The notes: generated by a model from the letters alone, not told the origin. A DNA stretch of 64,000 bases from Bdellovibrionales bacterium (GCA_965262715.1 OZ253553.1:1120001-1184000), one strand, 5' to 3'. Shown: positions 19,259 through 30,675, numbered from the stretch's first letter. Made by a program: numbers and translations.

Positions 19259-19451
19259 GTTATCTATTCATTGATGAAACAAGACATATCTCCATTGCAA
19301 ATGCTGATGTAATGGTTGATTAAACTTTGCACTGCTAATAACCAAATGCAAATAAGTAAGAACAAAAACAATAGATGCTTTTATAAATAAACCAGTATTC
19401 TCTAAATATAGTTATTTTTATAGGTAATATATTACCTTAAGTTCCTCTTTA

Positions 19452-20051
19452 TTATCGGAAAAGCTTAAAACTATCAACTACCCCGTCACTTATATGACCA
19501 AATTGCCCTCCAGATATTGTAGGTACAAGAGGCTGTTCTGTAAAAATATCAAAGTCTGTACAAGCATCAACTTCTGCAGTATCTAAAATCATAGGATTGA
19601 CTCCATCCTCTGCCATTAAAGTTTCCTCTGTTATAGGATATCCTTCTTGATAGTATGCTATATACTTTAATAAAAAAATACAAATTCCCTGTCTTGTTTC
19701 CTGATCATTTTGAATTGTATAAGAGATACTATATGCTTTGTGCTGTATATCTTTTGTATCTATAAAGTACTGTGCAACTTCTTGGTTATGAAGCACCCTT
19801 AAAGCTTCCATTTGATAACCTGCTCTTTGAGCTTTACCTAATAGAAATCTTTTGGCAATCCGACACATATAAGTTGGTGCATAAATTCCTTCTTCAGTAG
19901 AACATATCTCATTTTCAGTGGAATTTGTATTTTGCAATACTACAGTAGTAGTGGCAAATACTTGCATATAAAATTGAAATACCAAAACTATCACTAAAAA
20001 CGTAATTGATAAACTAGTTAATTGATTTCTTAAAAGCTGCATTATAAACAT
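19452..20051 (-). CDS. Hypothetical secreted/membrane-anchored protein
   Basis: N-terminal hydrophobic segment ending VFA; AAGGA RBS. Confidence 0.65.
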   Translation of the reverse strand: MFIMQLLRNQLTSLSITFLVIVLVFQFYMQVFATTTVVLQNTNSTENEICSTEEGIYAPTYMCRIAKRFLLGKAQRAGYQMEALRVLHNQEVAQYFIDTKDIQHKAYSISYTIQNDQETRQGICIFLLKYIAYYQEGYPITEETLMAEDGVNPMILDTAEVDACTDFDIFTEQPLVPTISGGQFGHISDGVVDSFKLFR

Positions 20052-20282
20052 CCTTATTTGATGGGATCAAATTGTTTAAATGTTTATATAATTTAAACAT
20101 AATCAAATCAAAGTTCAAGTCTTAAATCATTTTTTTAAATCAAAATGAATTAAAAGAAATCACCAATAGCCTCTCAATATTTGCCTGAACTAAATTTAGC
20201 TCGTCCATGATTAAAATAGCCCTTAGCATATCGAGAAAGCTAAAAAAAGAATATTTCCTTAACATTCATACTAATAAGACTC

Positions 20283-21311
20283 TCACAATCCTAAAGCTGA
20301 AAGAACATTTGTAGAATCATGCTTTCGTGCTGTATCTATAGGTGTTCGACCTCTATCATCTTTAGCATCAAGCAGAGTAGAATTACTATTCTTTAACATT
20401 AAAAAAATATCTACCTGATTGACACGAGCTGCCACATGAATAGGCAACTCTCCATCTTCATTGAGAGTAGTAAGTGATGCCCCTCTCAATAAAAGAACAT
20501 TAACCACATCAGTACGACCGTAGAAAGCAACCCAATGTAGAGGAGATGCTTCAGCAAGACGAGTTGGCCAATTGATAATTCCTGGCTCTGGCCAGTCAAC
20601 AAGAGCCGTTGCATCTAAAATAGCTTTAACCATACTAACTCGATCTCTTACTTCAGGAAAAATTATTGCACTATGAAGAAGTGTCCGGCCCTGTATATCT
20701 TTACTCGTTAAATCTGCTCCATGAGATGCTAAAATACGAAAAACACTTAGATGATTAAATCTGACAGCAAACATTATAGGAGTTACATCCATAAGACTTG
20801 CCTGATTGACTTCAACATTGTTTCTAAGTAAGTGTTCAACGGCACGACTGTGACCACTCGCAGCTGCATAAGTTAAAGGAGAATAGCCTAACACGTCTGG
20901 CGCATTGATATCCGCACCTAATTCTAAAAGAACATCAATAGCGTCGATATGGCCATATGCAGCTGCAGCACTTAAAGGAGTCACCCCCATTTGCCCTCGA
21001 ACATCTACTTTCATACCATTAGATACAAGATATCTTATTTTCAAAATATCACCCTGAAGAGCAGCTATATGCAACTTTGTATATGGAATAGTCTCAGCCT
21101 TGTCCCCCAGAGCATCATAAAGAATTCCTACTTTATCATTATTATCATAAGATGGTGTTTTTAAAAAATCATCTCTTGCTGCATAAAAACTTTTAAGTTC
21201 TTCTCCAAAGCCTAAAGCCTCTGCACAAGTATTATCCTCAGTTGCATTACCCTGATATGCTACTAAACTTGAAACTAAAAGCATAAGTAAAATATATATA
21301 ATCCTTTTCAT
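20283..21311 (-). CDS. Secreted ankyrin-repeat protein (about 8 repeats)
   Basis: Signal peptide MKRIIYILLMLLVSSLVAY; TKLHIAA, TPLSAAA, SPLTYAA, TPIMFAV, SPLHWVA, LPIHVAA. Confidence 0.92.
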   Translation of the reverse strand: MKRIIYILLMLLVSSLVAYQGNATEDNTCAEALGFGEELKSFYAARDDFLKTPSYDNNDKVGILYDALGDKAETIPYTKLHIAALQGDILKIRYLVSNGMKVDVRGQMGVTPLSAAAAYGHIDAIDVLLELGADINAPDVLGYSPLTYAAASGHSRAVEHLLRNNVEVNQASLMDVTPIMFAVRFNHLSVFRILASHGADLTSKDIQGRTLLHSAIIFPEVRDRVSMVKAILDATALVDWPEPGIINWPTRLAEASPLHWVAFYGRTDVVNVLLLRGASLTTLNEDGELPIHVAARVNQVDIFLMLKNSNSTLLDAKDDRGRTPIDTARKHDSTNVLSALGL

Positions 21312-21432
21312 AATTATTGAAAGGTATCTTAAATGGAGATAAAAATCAATATAAAACTCTCTTATTGTATTTTTTATAAAATGGTAACCTAACATGTTGC
21401 ATTTATTACAAAGTCATTATTTTATTATAGCA

Positions 21433-21456
21433 TAACTTCAAGTCGCAAATGCAACT
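21433..21456 (+). mobile_element. Isolated IS30-like terminal repeat (related ends at 25749-25774, ~28139-28163, ~32269-32293)
   Basis: TAACTTCAAGTCGCAAATGCAACT resembles the IS30 end at 6331; reverse-oriented copies occur downstream. Confidence 0.5.
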
Positions 21457-21704
21457 TTTTTATGATTATAGATATTTTTAAAAGTTATATCATTTTAAGA
21501 TTGATATTCCAATAAGATAAAAGCTTTAAAAAAGACTTAAGAAAGAAAGGATTTTTATTTTCTACTTCTTCTTTGACACAAAATTTAATGATAAGCTTCT
21601 ATTAATGAAAAGACAGTTCAGTCAGTAGAAGAATCTATTTCTCTTAAAAAACTTCTAACAGCATCAACTTATAAACAGAAAAATCAACAGCTTAGGAGGA
21701 AATA

Positions 21705-21878
21705 ATGGAAACATTCATTAAACTTATTATAAATATATCATTGATATTTGGGTCAGGTTATTCTGCTAAAAAGCTTTTATTTGATGTTGAAAAGATAACT
21801 ATTAAGAGGATTAAAAAGGGATTTTCATCATCAGAAGGGCTTTCTAGAAAACTCACTGATACAAAGCTATCTCTCTGA
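21705..21878 (+). CDS. 57-aa small membrane protein of the repeated module (copy A)
   Basis: METFIKLIINISLIFGSGYSAKKLLFDVEK...KLSL, AGGAGG RBS; homologs at 36855, 42040, 45167 and a fragment at ~25511. Confidence 0.7.
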   Translation: METFIKLIINISLIFGSGYSAKKLLFDVEKITIKRIKKGFSSSEGLSRKLTDTKLSL

Positions 21879-21996
21879 AATTTATTTATGATTTCATAAT
21901 TTATAGCAATAAGGTTTATTAGCAAAAAGGATTTGTAATTTAATCATCCTGTGCTAGCTATAAACGAACAGCGGTTATCTTAATCAGAGGAGTTTT

Positions 21997-22670
21997 ATGT
22001 CATTAGGTGGTTCTTCTTGTCCTCTTGGTGAGCATTATGTAAGAAGTCATCCCCGCAGTACCAAAAAAAGGATGACACAAGTATCTGCACACTGTCGGAA
22101 AAATCCAAAGGGAAAAGAAAACTTATTAGATGCTTCTAATCTAAGACATATTTATTATTCGAGTGGGCCAAAAAAATATCCTAAATTACCAGCAATTAAA
22201 GGATTTAGAGGTTTTCATAAGTACGATTCGATGATCCAATTTTGGACAGAATACTGGAAAAGCAAGAAAGTGTTACATGAACAAGTAGATCCTTTACTTA
22301 TTAAAGCTCTCATTGCTGCTAAATCGAGCTTTCGCCCTAGAACTCTAAAAGCACAGCAGCAGGACTTATACAAATTACAGGTAGTACTTTGAAAACTCTT
22401 AAAGGGAATCCAGATCATGCTGGGTACATTGAAGTAACAGATTATCCTATTTATCTAGAGAAAGATGAACATTTAGACCCATTGGTCAATATAGCTACAG
22501 GTATTCGATGGTTAGCTCATAAGATAAAGAGACTTCCAAAAAAATACAAATCAAAAGATGTTTCACAAAACATATTTAATGGTTTTAAATATTATCATTC
22601 TTGAACTAAAGAGGGAGAAGATCATGCAAAAAAAGTTTATAGATATTATAATGAAACACTTAAGCAGTAA
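21997..22670 (+). pseudogene. Lytic transglycosylase (SLT-like) pseudogene
   Basis: DPLLIKALIAAKSSF (catalytic E replaced by K); frameshift to AAGLIQIT...DPLVNIATGIRWL; internal stop. Confidence 0.7.
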
Positions 22671-23329
22671 ATTCATATTGGTTATTTTTGTAACTATAAG
22701 TTTTATTTCATGCAGTCATATAACCCATATTGCGTATAATGAAGATTATATATCCTCACAGGATTCTAATGAGGAATATTCTGAGATGAACCCTCAGCCA
22801 AGTAAAGATGAGTATAAAAAAATTTATTGTACTTCAGAGGATGAAAAGAAAGAAATAAAAACGACTATTGATTATCTGCATGTTACTTGTGGCCTTTCAA
22901 AGATTCAACCCATAGATAATAGAACTTTAGAAATCAACCGTGTTTTTTTAGGTATAGAACATCATTCTGATGGTGCTAGGGTACCAATAGGACATCATCT
23001 TTTAATTTTAAAATCTAATGATAAGATTTTACAGGAGATAAAGGTAGAGACAGAGTTATGATATATTTTGGAAAGATGTCCGTTTTGTTAAAATAAGAAA
23101 GGGTGTCTATTGGCAGGACCTCAACAAGGATGGCTATCCTGAGTTTGCCGTATTAAAAACAGACACAGGTAATGCAGCTTATAAAACAGTGGATATATAC
23201 ACTTTAAAAAATGAGTCTCTTCATTTTTATGGAAATGGAAGATATGTATGGACTACAGGTGAATATGTTATGTTTAATTGTCCAAAATGTTCAAGGCGTA
23301 ATTTAGAAGAATGCAAAAAATGCACATAA
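22651..23329 (+). pseudogene. Lipoprotein gene, frameshifted near 23058
   Basis: Lipobox FISC; continues in another frame as YDIFWKDV...DLNKDGYPEF...CPKC...CKKC*. Confidence 0.55.
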
Positions 23330-23489
23330 TTCATCTGATTTTATAAAATCCATCTAAAAAATTTATTTTTCTCTTGTGTTTTATTCAAAATTGTTAGATA
23401 AATTAGGGAGCTGTCCCTGGTAATTCCTCTCCTAAGTCTTAGCTTAGTGATGAATCCAGGGTTTTTTATATCCTAAAAGATAATTCTTT

Positions 23490-23650
23490 ATTTAGGATTG
23501 AATTTGTAATCTACAAAAATAATCATATTTAAATTATAGTAGTCTGTTTGATAAAGGTTCCGTTTTTAGAAGTATGTGCAAAATTTGCACATACTGAATG
23601 TTTTTGTAACTCCTATTTATCTTCTTCCTTAGATATTTTTTTGTGACTGA
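23490..23650 (-). pseudogene. RhuM family fragment
   Basis: SVCANFAHTSKNG / YQTDYYNLNMIIFVDYKFN match the RhuM motif VCANFAHT..DGK.Y....YNLDMIISVGYRVNS. Confidence 0.65.
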
Positions 23651-23655
23651 GTATT

Positions 23656-25197
23656 TTACTTTTTATCTTCAATATCTTTTCCAATAGCAGATTTTAGTAG
23701 TTCCAAAAATTCTTTTTGGCTTTGTTCAATAAATACGTCGACTTCTTTTTGAGTTAAAAGTTGGTTATAATATCTTTCTCTATGAATTTCTTTTTCATTT
23801 TTTTTATTATCAAAAATAATACCTATTTTATACTTAGATGTATCCATTTTTAAATACAAATAAGCTTCCATATCAAAGGGTTCTTTTAAACTTTCATCAT
23901 CATACTCATAATTATGGTATGATAACTCTATATGAATACTTACATGACGAAGAATATCTTCATAGGAAGGAAAATGCGAATAACCTAATAAGTATGATAA
24001 TTTTAATGATGGTGAGGATAGTTGTGATGAGAATACAGATCTTGATAATGTCATAACTCTGTCTTCATCTTCTAATAATCCTAATTTTCCCTTTATATCT
24101 TCTCCATTTTTAAATGTTATTTTGTATCTATTATTCCAATCCCAACTAGCTATATCTTGATGTGAAGGATGTATATGTATGTATTGTTTTATTGCTTCAT
24201 GATTAAAAAGTTTGTTAAATTTTTTGAATTTATTTTTAAAAGTTTTAAAGAGAGTATCTAAACTATCAATCAAATTGATAGCAGATTCTTTTGACAAGTA
24301 CTCATCTAATACCTTACCTGTTCGCTCTTTAACAAAAAGGTCAATCTCCTTATCCACATCACCCGCTTCACTTATATCCTCACCTTTACCCGCTTTGATT
24401 CCAATTTCTAACCAAGAGATCAAAGATTTTCCTAAATAAATAGCTAAACTATCTACATCATCATTGTCGGCTCTTTGCAGTGCTGCAAAATAATTTCTTT
24501 TATCTTCAGATTTAATAACTAAAGGAGGGTAACCAAAATACAACAAAACATAATTTATCCATAAACGAGCTATTCGTCCATTACCATCATCAAAAGGATG
24601 GATAACAATAAATTTATGGTGCAAATGGGCTATAAAAAAAGCGATAGAAAGAGAAGAACTTTCCATCTCTTTATGAAACCACTCCATTAGTTCTTCCATT
24701 TTTATAGGGACATCATAAGGCTCAACAAATTTAAAAATACTGCCTTCTTCTGTTATCACATGGTTAGGCTTTGTTTTATATTGGCCAGGAATAATCTTCT
24801 TTTTGATTTTTTGCCCATCAGAAGTCACAGCGTCTTTCCAAAAAGGTTCTTTTAAAATAATTTGATTTAAATCTCTGATAGTTACTTCATTAAGTTTTCT
24901 TTCTTTATCTTTAGCAAATTCCCTTATTTTACTTACTGCTAGATCATGAGCTTTTATCTCCTTATAATCACGAGGAGGATGAATTCCTTCCTCTTTGCCT
25001 TCATCAAGTAGAGCTTTTGTTCCATTATAAGTTAATGTATTGCCTTCTATATGATTTGAGTGATAGTTCCATTCTAGCCGAACCTTCTTATCAAATCTTT
25101 CTTGATCCTTTGGCTTTAAAAGTTGTAAATTCTTCCACTGATTAAAAAGCTCTTCAATACGAGCATTTATTTTTTCAAGCTCTTGATTTTTTTTCAT
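23656..25197 (-). CDS. Fic family protein (class II) with C-terminal extension
   Basis: Catalytic motif HPFDDGNGRIAR; inhibitory motif SNHIEGN. Confidence 0.93.
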   Translation of the reverse strand: MKKNQELEKINARIEELFNQWKNLQLLKPKDQERFDKKVRLEWNYHSNHIEGNTLTYNGTKALLDEGKEEGIHPPRDYKEIKAHDLAVSKIREFAKDKERKLNEVTIRDLNQIILKEPFWKDAVTSDGQKIKKKIIPGQYKTKPNHVITEEGSIFKFVEPYDVPIKMEELMEWFHKEMESSSLSIAFFIAHLHHKFIVIHPFDDGNGRIARLWINYVLLYFGYPPLVIKSEDKRNYFAALQRADNDDVDSLAIYLGKSLISWLEIGIKAGKGEDISEAGDVDKEIDLFVKERTGKVLDEYLSKESAINLIDSLDTLFKTFKNKFKKFNKLFNHEAIKQYIHIHPSHQDIASWDWNNRYKITFKNGEDIKGKLGLLEDEDRVMTLSRSVFSSQLSSPSLKLSYLLGYSHFPSYEDILRHVSIHIELSYHNYEYDDESLKEPFDMEAYLYLKMDTSKYKIGIIFDNKKNEKEIHRERYYNQLLTQKEVDVFIEQSQKEFLELLKSAIGKDIEDKK

Positions 25198-25510
25198 GTT
25201 TACATCTCTCTAGCTTTTTTACATTTGCCTTGCTAACTTACATCTTAAAATTATGGTATGTTACTTCAACTCTAATAGTCCTTAATTTACAAAGCAATCT
25301 TTCAAGGTGATATTTATCAAATCTTATAAGTTTTTTTAAAAACAAATCCAAATTCTAAAGTACCGCCACAAACACTAGCTATTCGAGAAAGTATAAGACT
25401 CTATATCTGATACAAAGGCATTTTCAGAATACAGTATCATCTTAACTGATGGATAATCAATTTTGATATGTGACCCTCTTGCAACATTGCTATCCAAACT
25501 TTACGATTAT

Positions 25511-25735
25511 TTGGATCAGGTTACCCACGCTAAAAAGCTTTTATTTGATGTTGAAAAGATAATTATTAAGAGGATTAAAAAGGGATGACACAAGTGTCTG
25601 CACACTGTCGAAAAAAATCCAAAAATGGAAAGAGTTCTGGCCTTAGGGTAATGATTTTGAAGTTCAAAAAATCAATTGAATATCCAGCTCAGTACGGTCC
25701 AATGATCCAGTTTTGGACAGAATACTGGAAAAATA
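25511..25735 (+). pseudogene. Internally deleted copy of the 57-aa ORF + SLT module
   Basis: GCTAAAAAGCTTTTATTTGATGTTG...AAAAAGGG joins directly to ATGACACAAGTGTCTGCACACTGTCG and then ATGATCCAGTTTTGGACAGAATACTGG of the SLT gene. Confidence 0.75.
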
Positions 25736-25782
25736 TGTCTAGGCAAAAAGTTGCACTTGCTACTTGAATCCACCATTAATTA

Positions 25783-28038
25783 TTATATGGTATTTTCTAT
25801 ATATTTTAAAAAGTTGCTGTAAAATATCTTTTGAGGATCCCAAAATGTTTTATTCTTTACCCATATATAAATATTTGGATATGCTCTGAGAAGATGTTCT
25901 TTTTTATAATGTCGTCTATAAGGAAGATAGAAACTACCTCCTAAATTTAGAGATTTATCAATAACACTTTGTGTAAATTCCTTCATGTTTTTTTCACTTT
26001 GCTCATCTCTTCCTTGAGAAAAAAGACAAACAACTGAAAAAACGTCTTCTTTGGCATAAGGTAATGAAGATACTGTATCTTTGAGAACCTCGCGAATTGT
26101 GACATTTAAAATATTAACATTATAATAGGTAACCATATCTTTAAATGATTTTAGAAAAGCAATGAGATTTTTCTTTGGCACAAAATATTCATGTAAAATA
26201 TCTTTGCTCTTTCCATAAAGAGGCCACAACACATGTATATCAGAGCTCATAGCGTTATTGCGTGATACAGGAGGACCTTTATCACTCATTTGTTTGGCAT
26301 AGTTTTTTTCAGATAACCATCTAAATATTTTGCCAATGTTAGCGTATTGAGAAGATCTGAAAACTCCTCTTTTAAGAGCTATAAACTTTTCCTGAGCAAT
26401 ATTTTGTTTAGTTGAAAGAGTTTTAGTTTTTTCATACCAAAATAAACCAGCTTCATGGAATAATCCAGGTTTATGAAGTAGGTTTGACCGACTGACAGAG
26501 AAACGACCATAGGCGAGATCTACATTGGAATTATTTGTAATCAATCGTTCAAAATTTAAAATAAAGTCTTCCATTGGCATATAACGAGCATGAAATTTTA
26601 ACATTGTATTGGGTACTGTTTCCAACTCTGCTTCAACAATAACTCCAAACAGCCCATAGCCTCCAACAATAGCACTAAAAAGCTTAGGGTTATTCTCTTT
26701 AGTTACTGTTCTTATTTTTCCATCAGCAGTAACTACCTTCATAAGCAAAATTGTTGACCCAATAGGTTGAGATTTTATTTGCCATCCATGCACATTGACA
26801 CTAATTGATCCTCCAACAGTAAAGATATTGTCCGATTGCATTACCTTAACAGATCGATTGTGCTTGTTAAGTACATACTGTATCTTTTTCCATGTTGCAC
26901 CAGAACCAGCAATTACTGTTTTTGTTTTGGGTTTATACTCTACATGATTTAGGCCAAGCATATTAAAATGTATTGATTTATCTAATTGAGTTTGTCCCCC
27001 CATAGAATGTCTGCGACCACCAATACTGATTTTTGCATTATGTTTTTTAGCAAATTGAATGTTATTAGTAATGTCATCGATATTTTTTACATGTACTATT
27101 CTTCCTGGTTTAAAAAAAGAACCTCCAGCATCATATAATATTTCAGTATTTTCATTAGAGAGTTTAGCGAGCAAATCCGAAGCTTTATTGCTTTGTATTC
27201 CATGAACACCTATAGCAAAAAGTTTCTTTGCAGTATCAACGTTGTTGATTGTCCGAACGATGATTGGATATCCAAATTTTATTAAGTCCTTTAATGTCTT
27301 TTCAGACACATTAAATCCTGGTCCTAAAATATCTGGTCGAATTATTCTTCTAAATTGCTTTTGAACAAAAGGTCTCTTAAATATCCACGGAGTTTGATCA
27401 TATTCAGATTGTATTTCTGATCCTTCATTCTTCATACCTATAAAATCATACATAACAATGATACTCCGATCATGAATTCTCATAGATGTAAGAAAAAGAG
27501 GATTAAGTGATTCTACTATTATGTTTTCTTGAAGGAGATATTTTTTGATTAATGTTGTAATCTTTTCAGCAAATACTCCATTCGTAATTCTTGTAGATTT
27601 TATATCTAAAAAAATAAACTTTTGAGTGCCTACTAGTTCAAAAAGTTCTTCAAGAGTTAGTATTTTTGAACTACGATCATTGATATAATGTAATCTCTGT
27701 AGTTGTCTCCAAGTATGTTCTTCAGGTTTTCCAAATCCATTAGTCTCATGCTCTAACCTTTTTCCATAATATAAAAAAGGAATATTATCCTTTGATAATC
27801 TTACATCAACTTCAATAGCATTTACGAGGCTGGCTAAAGAGCTTAAAACCGCTTCCTGAGTATTACCTTTGTAATCTGTTGAAAAAATTGCTTTATGAGC
27901 AACATATTTAGGAAGATGAACTAGATATTGAGAGGTTGATATAGCAGTGGGTGTATACAGCGGTTCTGTAGATAAATAAAAAAATATAGCTAAAAAAGCT
28001 ATCAAAAAAAATATTGTTAAACGTTTGTTTTTTTTCAT
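25783..28038 (-). CDS. Membrane-anchored GDPD-like domain fused to a FAD-binding (FAD_binding_4) oxidoreductase
   Basis: N-terminal TM; AHKA, NT, IEVDVRLSKD, FLDIK (GDPD-like); GRRHSMGGQ, TVGGSISVNVHG, GGYGLFGVI, YLPY, DPQKIF (FAD-linked oxidase). Confidence 0.85.
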   Translation of the reverse strand: MKKNKRLTIFFLIAFLAIFFYLSTEPLYTPTAISTSQYLVHLPKYVAHKAIFSTDYKGNTQEAVLSSLASLVNAIEVDVRLSKDNIPFLYYGKRLEHETNGFGKPEEHTWRQLQRLHYINDRSSKILTLEELFELVGTQKFIFLDIKSTRITNGVFAEKITTLIKKYLLQENIIVESLNPLFLTSMRIHDRSIIVMYDFIGMKNEGSEIQSEYDQTPWIFKRPFVQKQFRRIIRPDILGPGFNVSEKTLKDLIKFGYPIIVRTINNVDTAKKLFAIGVHGIQSNKASDLLAKLSNENTEILYDAGGSFFKPGRIVHVKNIDDITNNIQFAKKHNAKISIGGRRHSMGGQTQLDKSIHFNMLGLNHVEYKPKTKTVIAGSGATWKKIQYVLNKHNRSVKVMQSDNIFTVGGSISVNVHGWQIKSQPIGSTILLMKVVTADGKIRTVTKENNPKLFSAIVGGYGLFGVIVEAELETVPNTMLKFHARYMPMEDFILNFERLITNNSNVDLAYGRFSVSRSNLLHKPGLFHEAGLFWYEKTKTLSTKQNIAQEKFIALKRGVFRSSQYANIGKIFRWLSEKNYAKQMSDKGPPVSRNNAMSSDIHVLWPLYGKSKDILHEYFVPKKNLIAFLKSFKDMVTYYNVNILNVTIREVLKDTVSSLPYAKEDVFSVVCLFSQGRDEQSEKNMKEFTQSVIDKSLNLGGSFYLPYRRHYKKEHLLRAYPNIYIWVKNKTFWDPQKIFYSNFLKYIENTI

Positions 28039-28205
28039 GCTCTGGTCTATCTATGATTCTTAAAAGGTCTCAAATTACTTTTCTGTATTCTAACAATAAA
28101 AAAATCAAGATATCAAGATAAATAATTCTTAAAAAGAAGCTGCATTTGCAATTTGAAGTTGCGGTAATTTTAAATGATTATATAGCTTTGTTGTTAATTG
28201 TGAAT

Positions 28206-28711
28206 GGCTTTGTTGCACAAAGATTTAAGGAAGTATATAAAAGATTAGAGAATTATGGCAGGCATCTTCCATAGGCTCTAGGCAACCCCCGCGCCTTGTA
28301 TTGCTTTCACTTTAAGATTTTATTATAGAATAAGATACTTTAAGGAATATTTATTCCCTAAGGCACTGGCCTAATCCTATTCCAGAAGCCTGGCAATTGT
28401 AGAGGGTCACCTACTCCTAGAGATGTTCATATTAGAGAAATTAGAAGAATTGGAAGAAAACAGTGGAAAGAAAAAAATAACTATCACAGAAGGTCTATAT
28501 CAGAAACAGCTATGTATAGATTCAAAACTTTATTAGGGGATAAATTATCTTCTAGAGAGTTTAAACGTCAAGCAAATGAAGTATTTATTAAATCTAAAAT
28601 CCTTAATCAAATGAAAACTCCTAACTCCATCATAACCTAAATAACTTAATTGCAAAAATATAAAAAATACTCAACAATATCTTTCTAGCTAAATCCTTCT
28701 GCAACAAAGCC
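28206..28711 (+). mobile_element. Internally deleted IS903-group element (non-autonomous)
   Basis: TIRs GGCTTTGTTGCACAAAG / CTTCTGCAACAAAGCC; retains the transposase 3' end homologous to 5050-5250. Confidence 0.88.
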
Positions 28712-28719
28712 CTTTGTAT

Positions 28720-29367
28720 TTATAGATTCTTTTCCAGAAAAATTGACTTTGAAAGTTTCGAGAAAAAGTCTTTATAGAAAGCAGGACTCTCAAAAGCTTT
28801 TGCTTTGGTGATTTGTCCTGTCGATTTCATCCAAGTGATTTTTTGAAGATTTGCTCTTACTGAAAAATCTCTTTGTACTCGATTTTTTCTCTGAGAGCTA
28901 GGATAGATGATAATAGATATACGTGTCTCTTCAATAAAAGTAACGGGAATAGGTGGAAAATAAAGAGGAGCAGGAGGATGGAGAATATGAGCAGGAGGAG
29001 GTGGTGGTGGTGCTGGTGTAAAGCTTATCATTCGCATCTGTTTTTGAGTTTGTTGTTTTGTTTGTTCCACATACATTATAAAAGAACGTTTTTTAGAACC
29101 TACAAGTATTCCTAGATCATTATCTCCTTCATCAAATTTAAAATTCAAATCTTGCATAACTCCAAGAATAGCAGATATCAATTGCTTTTTTTTCACATTT
29201 TGAAAATGTTGAGTCTGCAAAACTCTTCTTTTTAAAACAGAGTCTTTAACGATAAAAGCATGTTTAGGAAGAGAATATGTACAGCCCATAGTCATTAAAA
29301 ATAATGGGCAGATCATAAAAATGAAAAAAAGTATCTTGAAACCTAACCTCATAAATAAAAACTCCAC
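28720..29367 (-). CDS. Putative lipoprotein with polyproline insert
   Basis: Lipobox-like TMGC; PAPPPPPPA; C-terminal YKDFFSKLSKSIFLE. Confidence 0.7.
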   Translation of the reverse strand: MEFLFMRLGFKILFFIFMICPLFLMTMGCTYSLPKHAFIVKDSVLKRRVLQTQHFQNVKKKQLISAILGVMQDLNFKFDEGDNDLGILVGSKKRSFIMYVEQTKQQTQKQMRMISFTPAPPPPPPAHILHPPAPLYFPPIPVTFIEETRISIIIYPSSQRKNRVQRDFSVRANLQKITWMKSTGQITKAKAFESPAFYKDFFSKLSKSIFLEKNL

Positions 29368-29573
29368 TTCTTACAATTTTATTAACGGTATATTTTGAGT
29401 TTTTATTGATTTTTCCAATATTGAGACACTTTAACATATTATTTTTATCAAAAGTAAAAAACTTAACTTCAAATTTCTACATTTTATGGCAAAGATTTCA
29501 TCTTAAATTTACTTGGTCTAAAAGGGCTAATATTTTAGCTTTTAATTGATTAGCTGTTCGAATTGCTTCACAA

Positions 29574-30209
29574 TTACAGGGTTGCTCCATCTGCACGTAA
29601 AACTTCTGCAATTTCAGTATGACCTTTGTCTTCTGCCCACCATAAAGCCGTCCTTCTACGATCATCTCTTTCATTTACATCCACGCCTCTGGCAATTAAA
29701 GTCTTTACAATGTCAAGACGGTCATGTTTAACAGCAATTATTAAATCTCTACTACCCTTAATGAGAGCATTCACCTTCGCTCCTGCTTCCAGCAAAGCTT
29801 CTACATTTTCAATACGGCCATATGTAATGGCAAACCTTAAAGCTGTGTAATCAGATGTAGTTACACTATCTAAATTGTTGACCCCTGCCTCAAGAAATGT
29901 ATTTAAAATATCAATATCTTCACACAAAGTACTCTGCATTAAAATTGTCCTACCATACACATTTGCTGCATTCACCTCTGCGCCTTGTACAAGCAGCGCA
30001 TGTATTGTATCCAGATTACAGCGATGGGCTGCGAACATCAAAGGTGTTTCACCATATTGATTTGCTCCATTCACCTTCGCTCCACTTACTAAAGCTATTT
30101 CTACACATTCAGTTGTTCTACAAGAGAAAAGAGCTTGGGTAGCTTCTGTAAACCCTGTTAAACAAAAAGATGAAAGGCAAATAATTATATTTAAAAGTTT
30201 AAATTTCAT
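29574..30209 (-). CDS. Secreted ankyrin-repeat protein
   Basis: Signal/TM segment; GETPLMFAA, YTALRFAI, RTALWWA. Confidence 0.9.
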   Translation of the reverse strand: MKFKLLNIIICLSSFCLTGFTEATQALFSCRTTECVEIALVSGAKVNGANQYGETPLMFAAHRCNLDTIHALLVQGAEVNAANVYGRTILMQSTLCEDIDILNTFLEAGVNNLDSVTTSDYTALRFAITYGRIENVEALLEAGAKVNALIKGSRDLIIAVKHDRLDIVKTLIARGVDVNERDDRRRTALWWAEDKGHTEIAEVLRADGATL

Positions 30210-30257
30210 AACAACCTACTCTGTTAAAAGTCTTCATGGAATATCAAAACTGAAACA

Positions 30258-30273
30258 TGCAATAAATAAGCCA
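30258..30273 (-). promoter_or_regulatory. Sigma54 promoter
   Basis: TGGCTTATTTATTGCA, GG-N10-GC, ~50 bp upstream of the ankyrin gene start. Confidence 0.6.
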
Positions 30274-30554
30274 AATTAAAAAGCAATAGATACAATAGAT
30301 ATCGGATACAGTTCCAATAAAAGTGACCTTTTTAGGTCTTTTAGTGACAATATTGAAGAAATATAGATGTTTTTAGGATCATCACTAAGAAATCATAAAA
30401 ATATTACCTTATTCTTTGACTTTCCGTTTATTGAATTGATTTTTATTTGAAAAAATATCAAAAGCACTTAATTTGATTTTAAAAATGGGAGAGGATTTTC
30501 ATAAAGGCTTCCATTCTATTTTTCCAACTACCCAAAAATAGTCAGAGACTCGCC

Positions 30555-30675
30555 TCGAAAAATAACTTTAAATTCTTATTAGAAAATAAACCACGATCTC
30601 CCAACTATAAATCTTCTAACTTGGAACTTCTCTCTCAGCTTGTCAATCACTGAAGACAGTGTTTTACCCTCAAGT
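30555..30675 (-). pseudogene. IS1634 transposase fragment
   Basis: GKTLSSVIDKLREKFQVRRFI / GDRGLFSNKNL, homologous to 15040-15150. Confidence 0.7.

Noticed and set aside
23571..23595. Perfect 12-1-12 palindrome AGTATGTGCAAA-A-TTTGCACATACT as an operator
   Set aside because: It is the VCANFAHT coding segment of a decayed rhuM gene on the minus strand.
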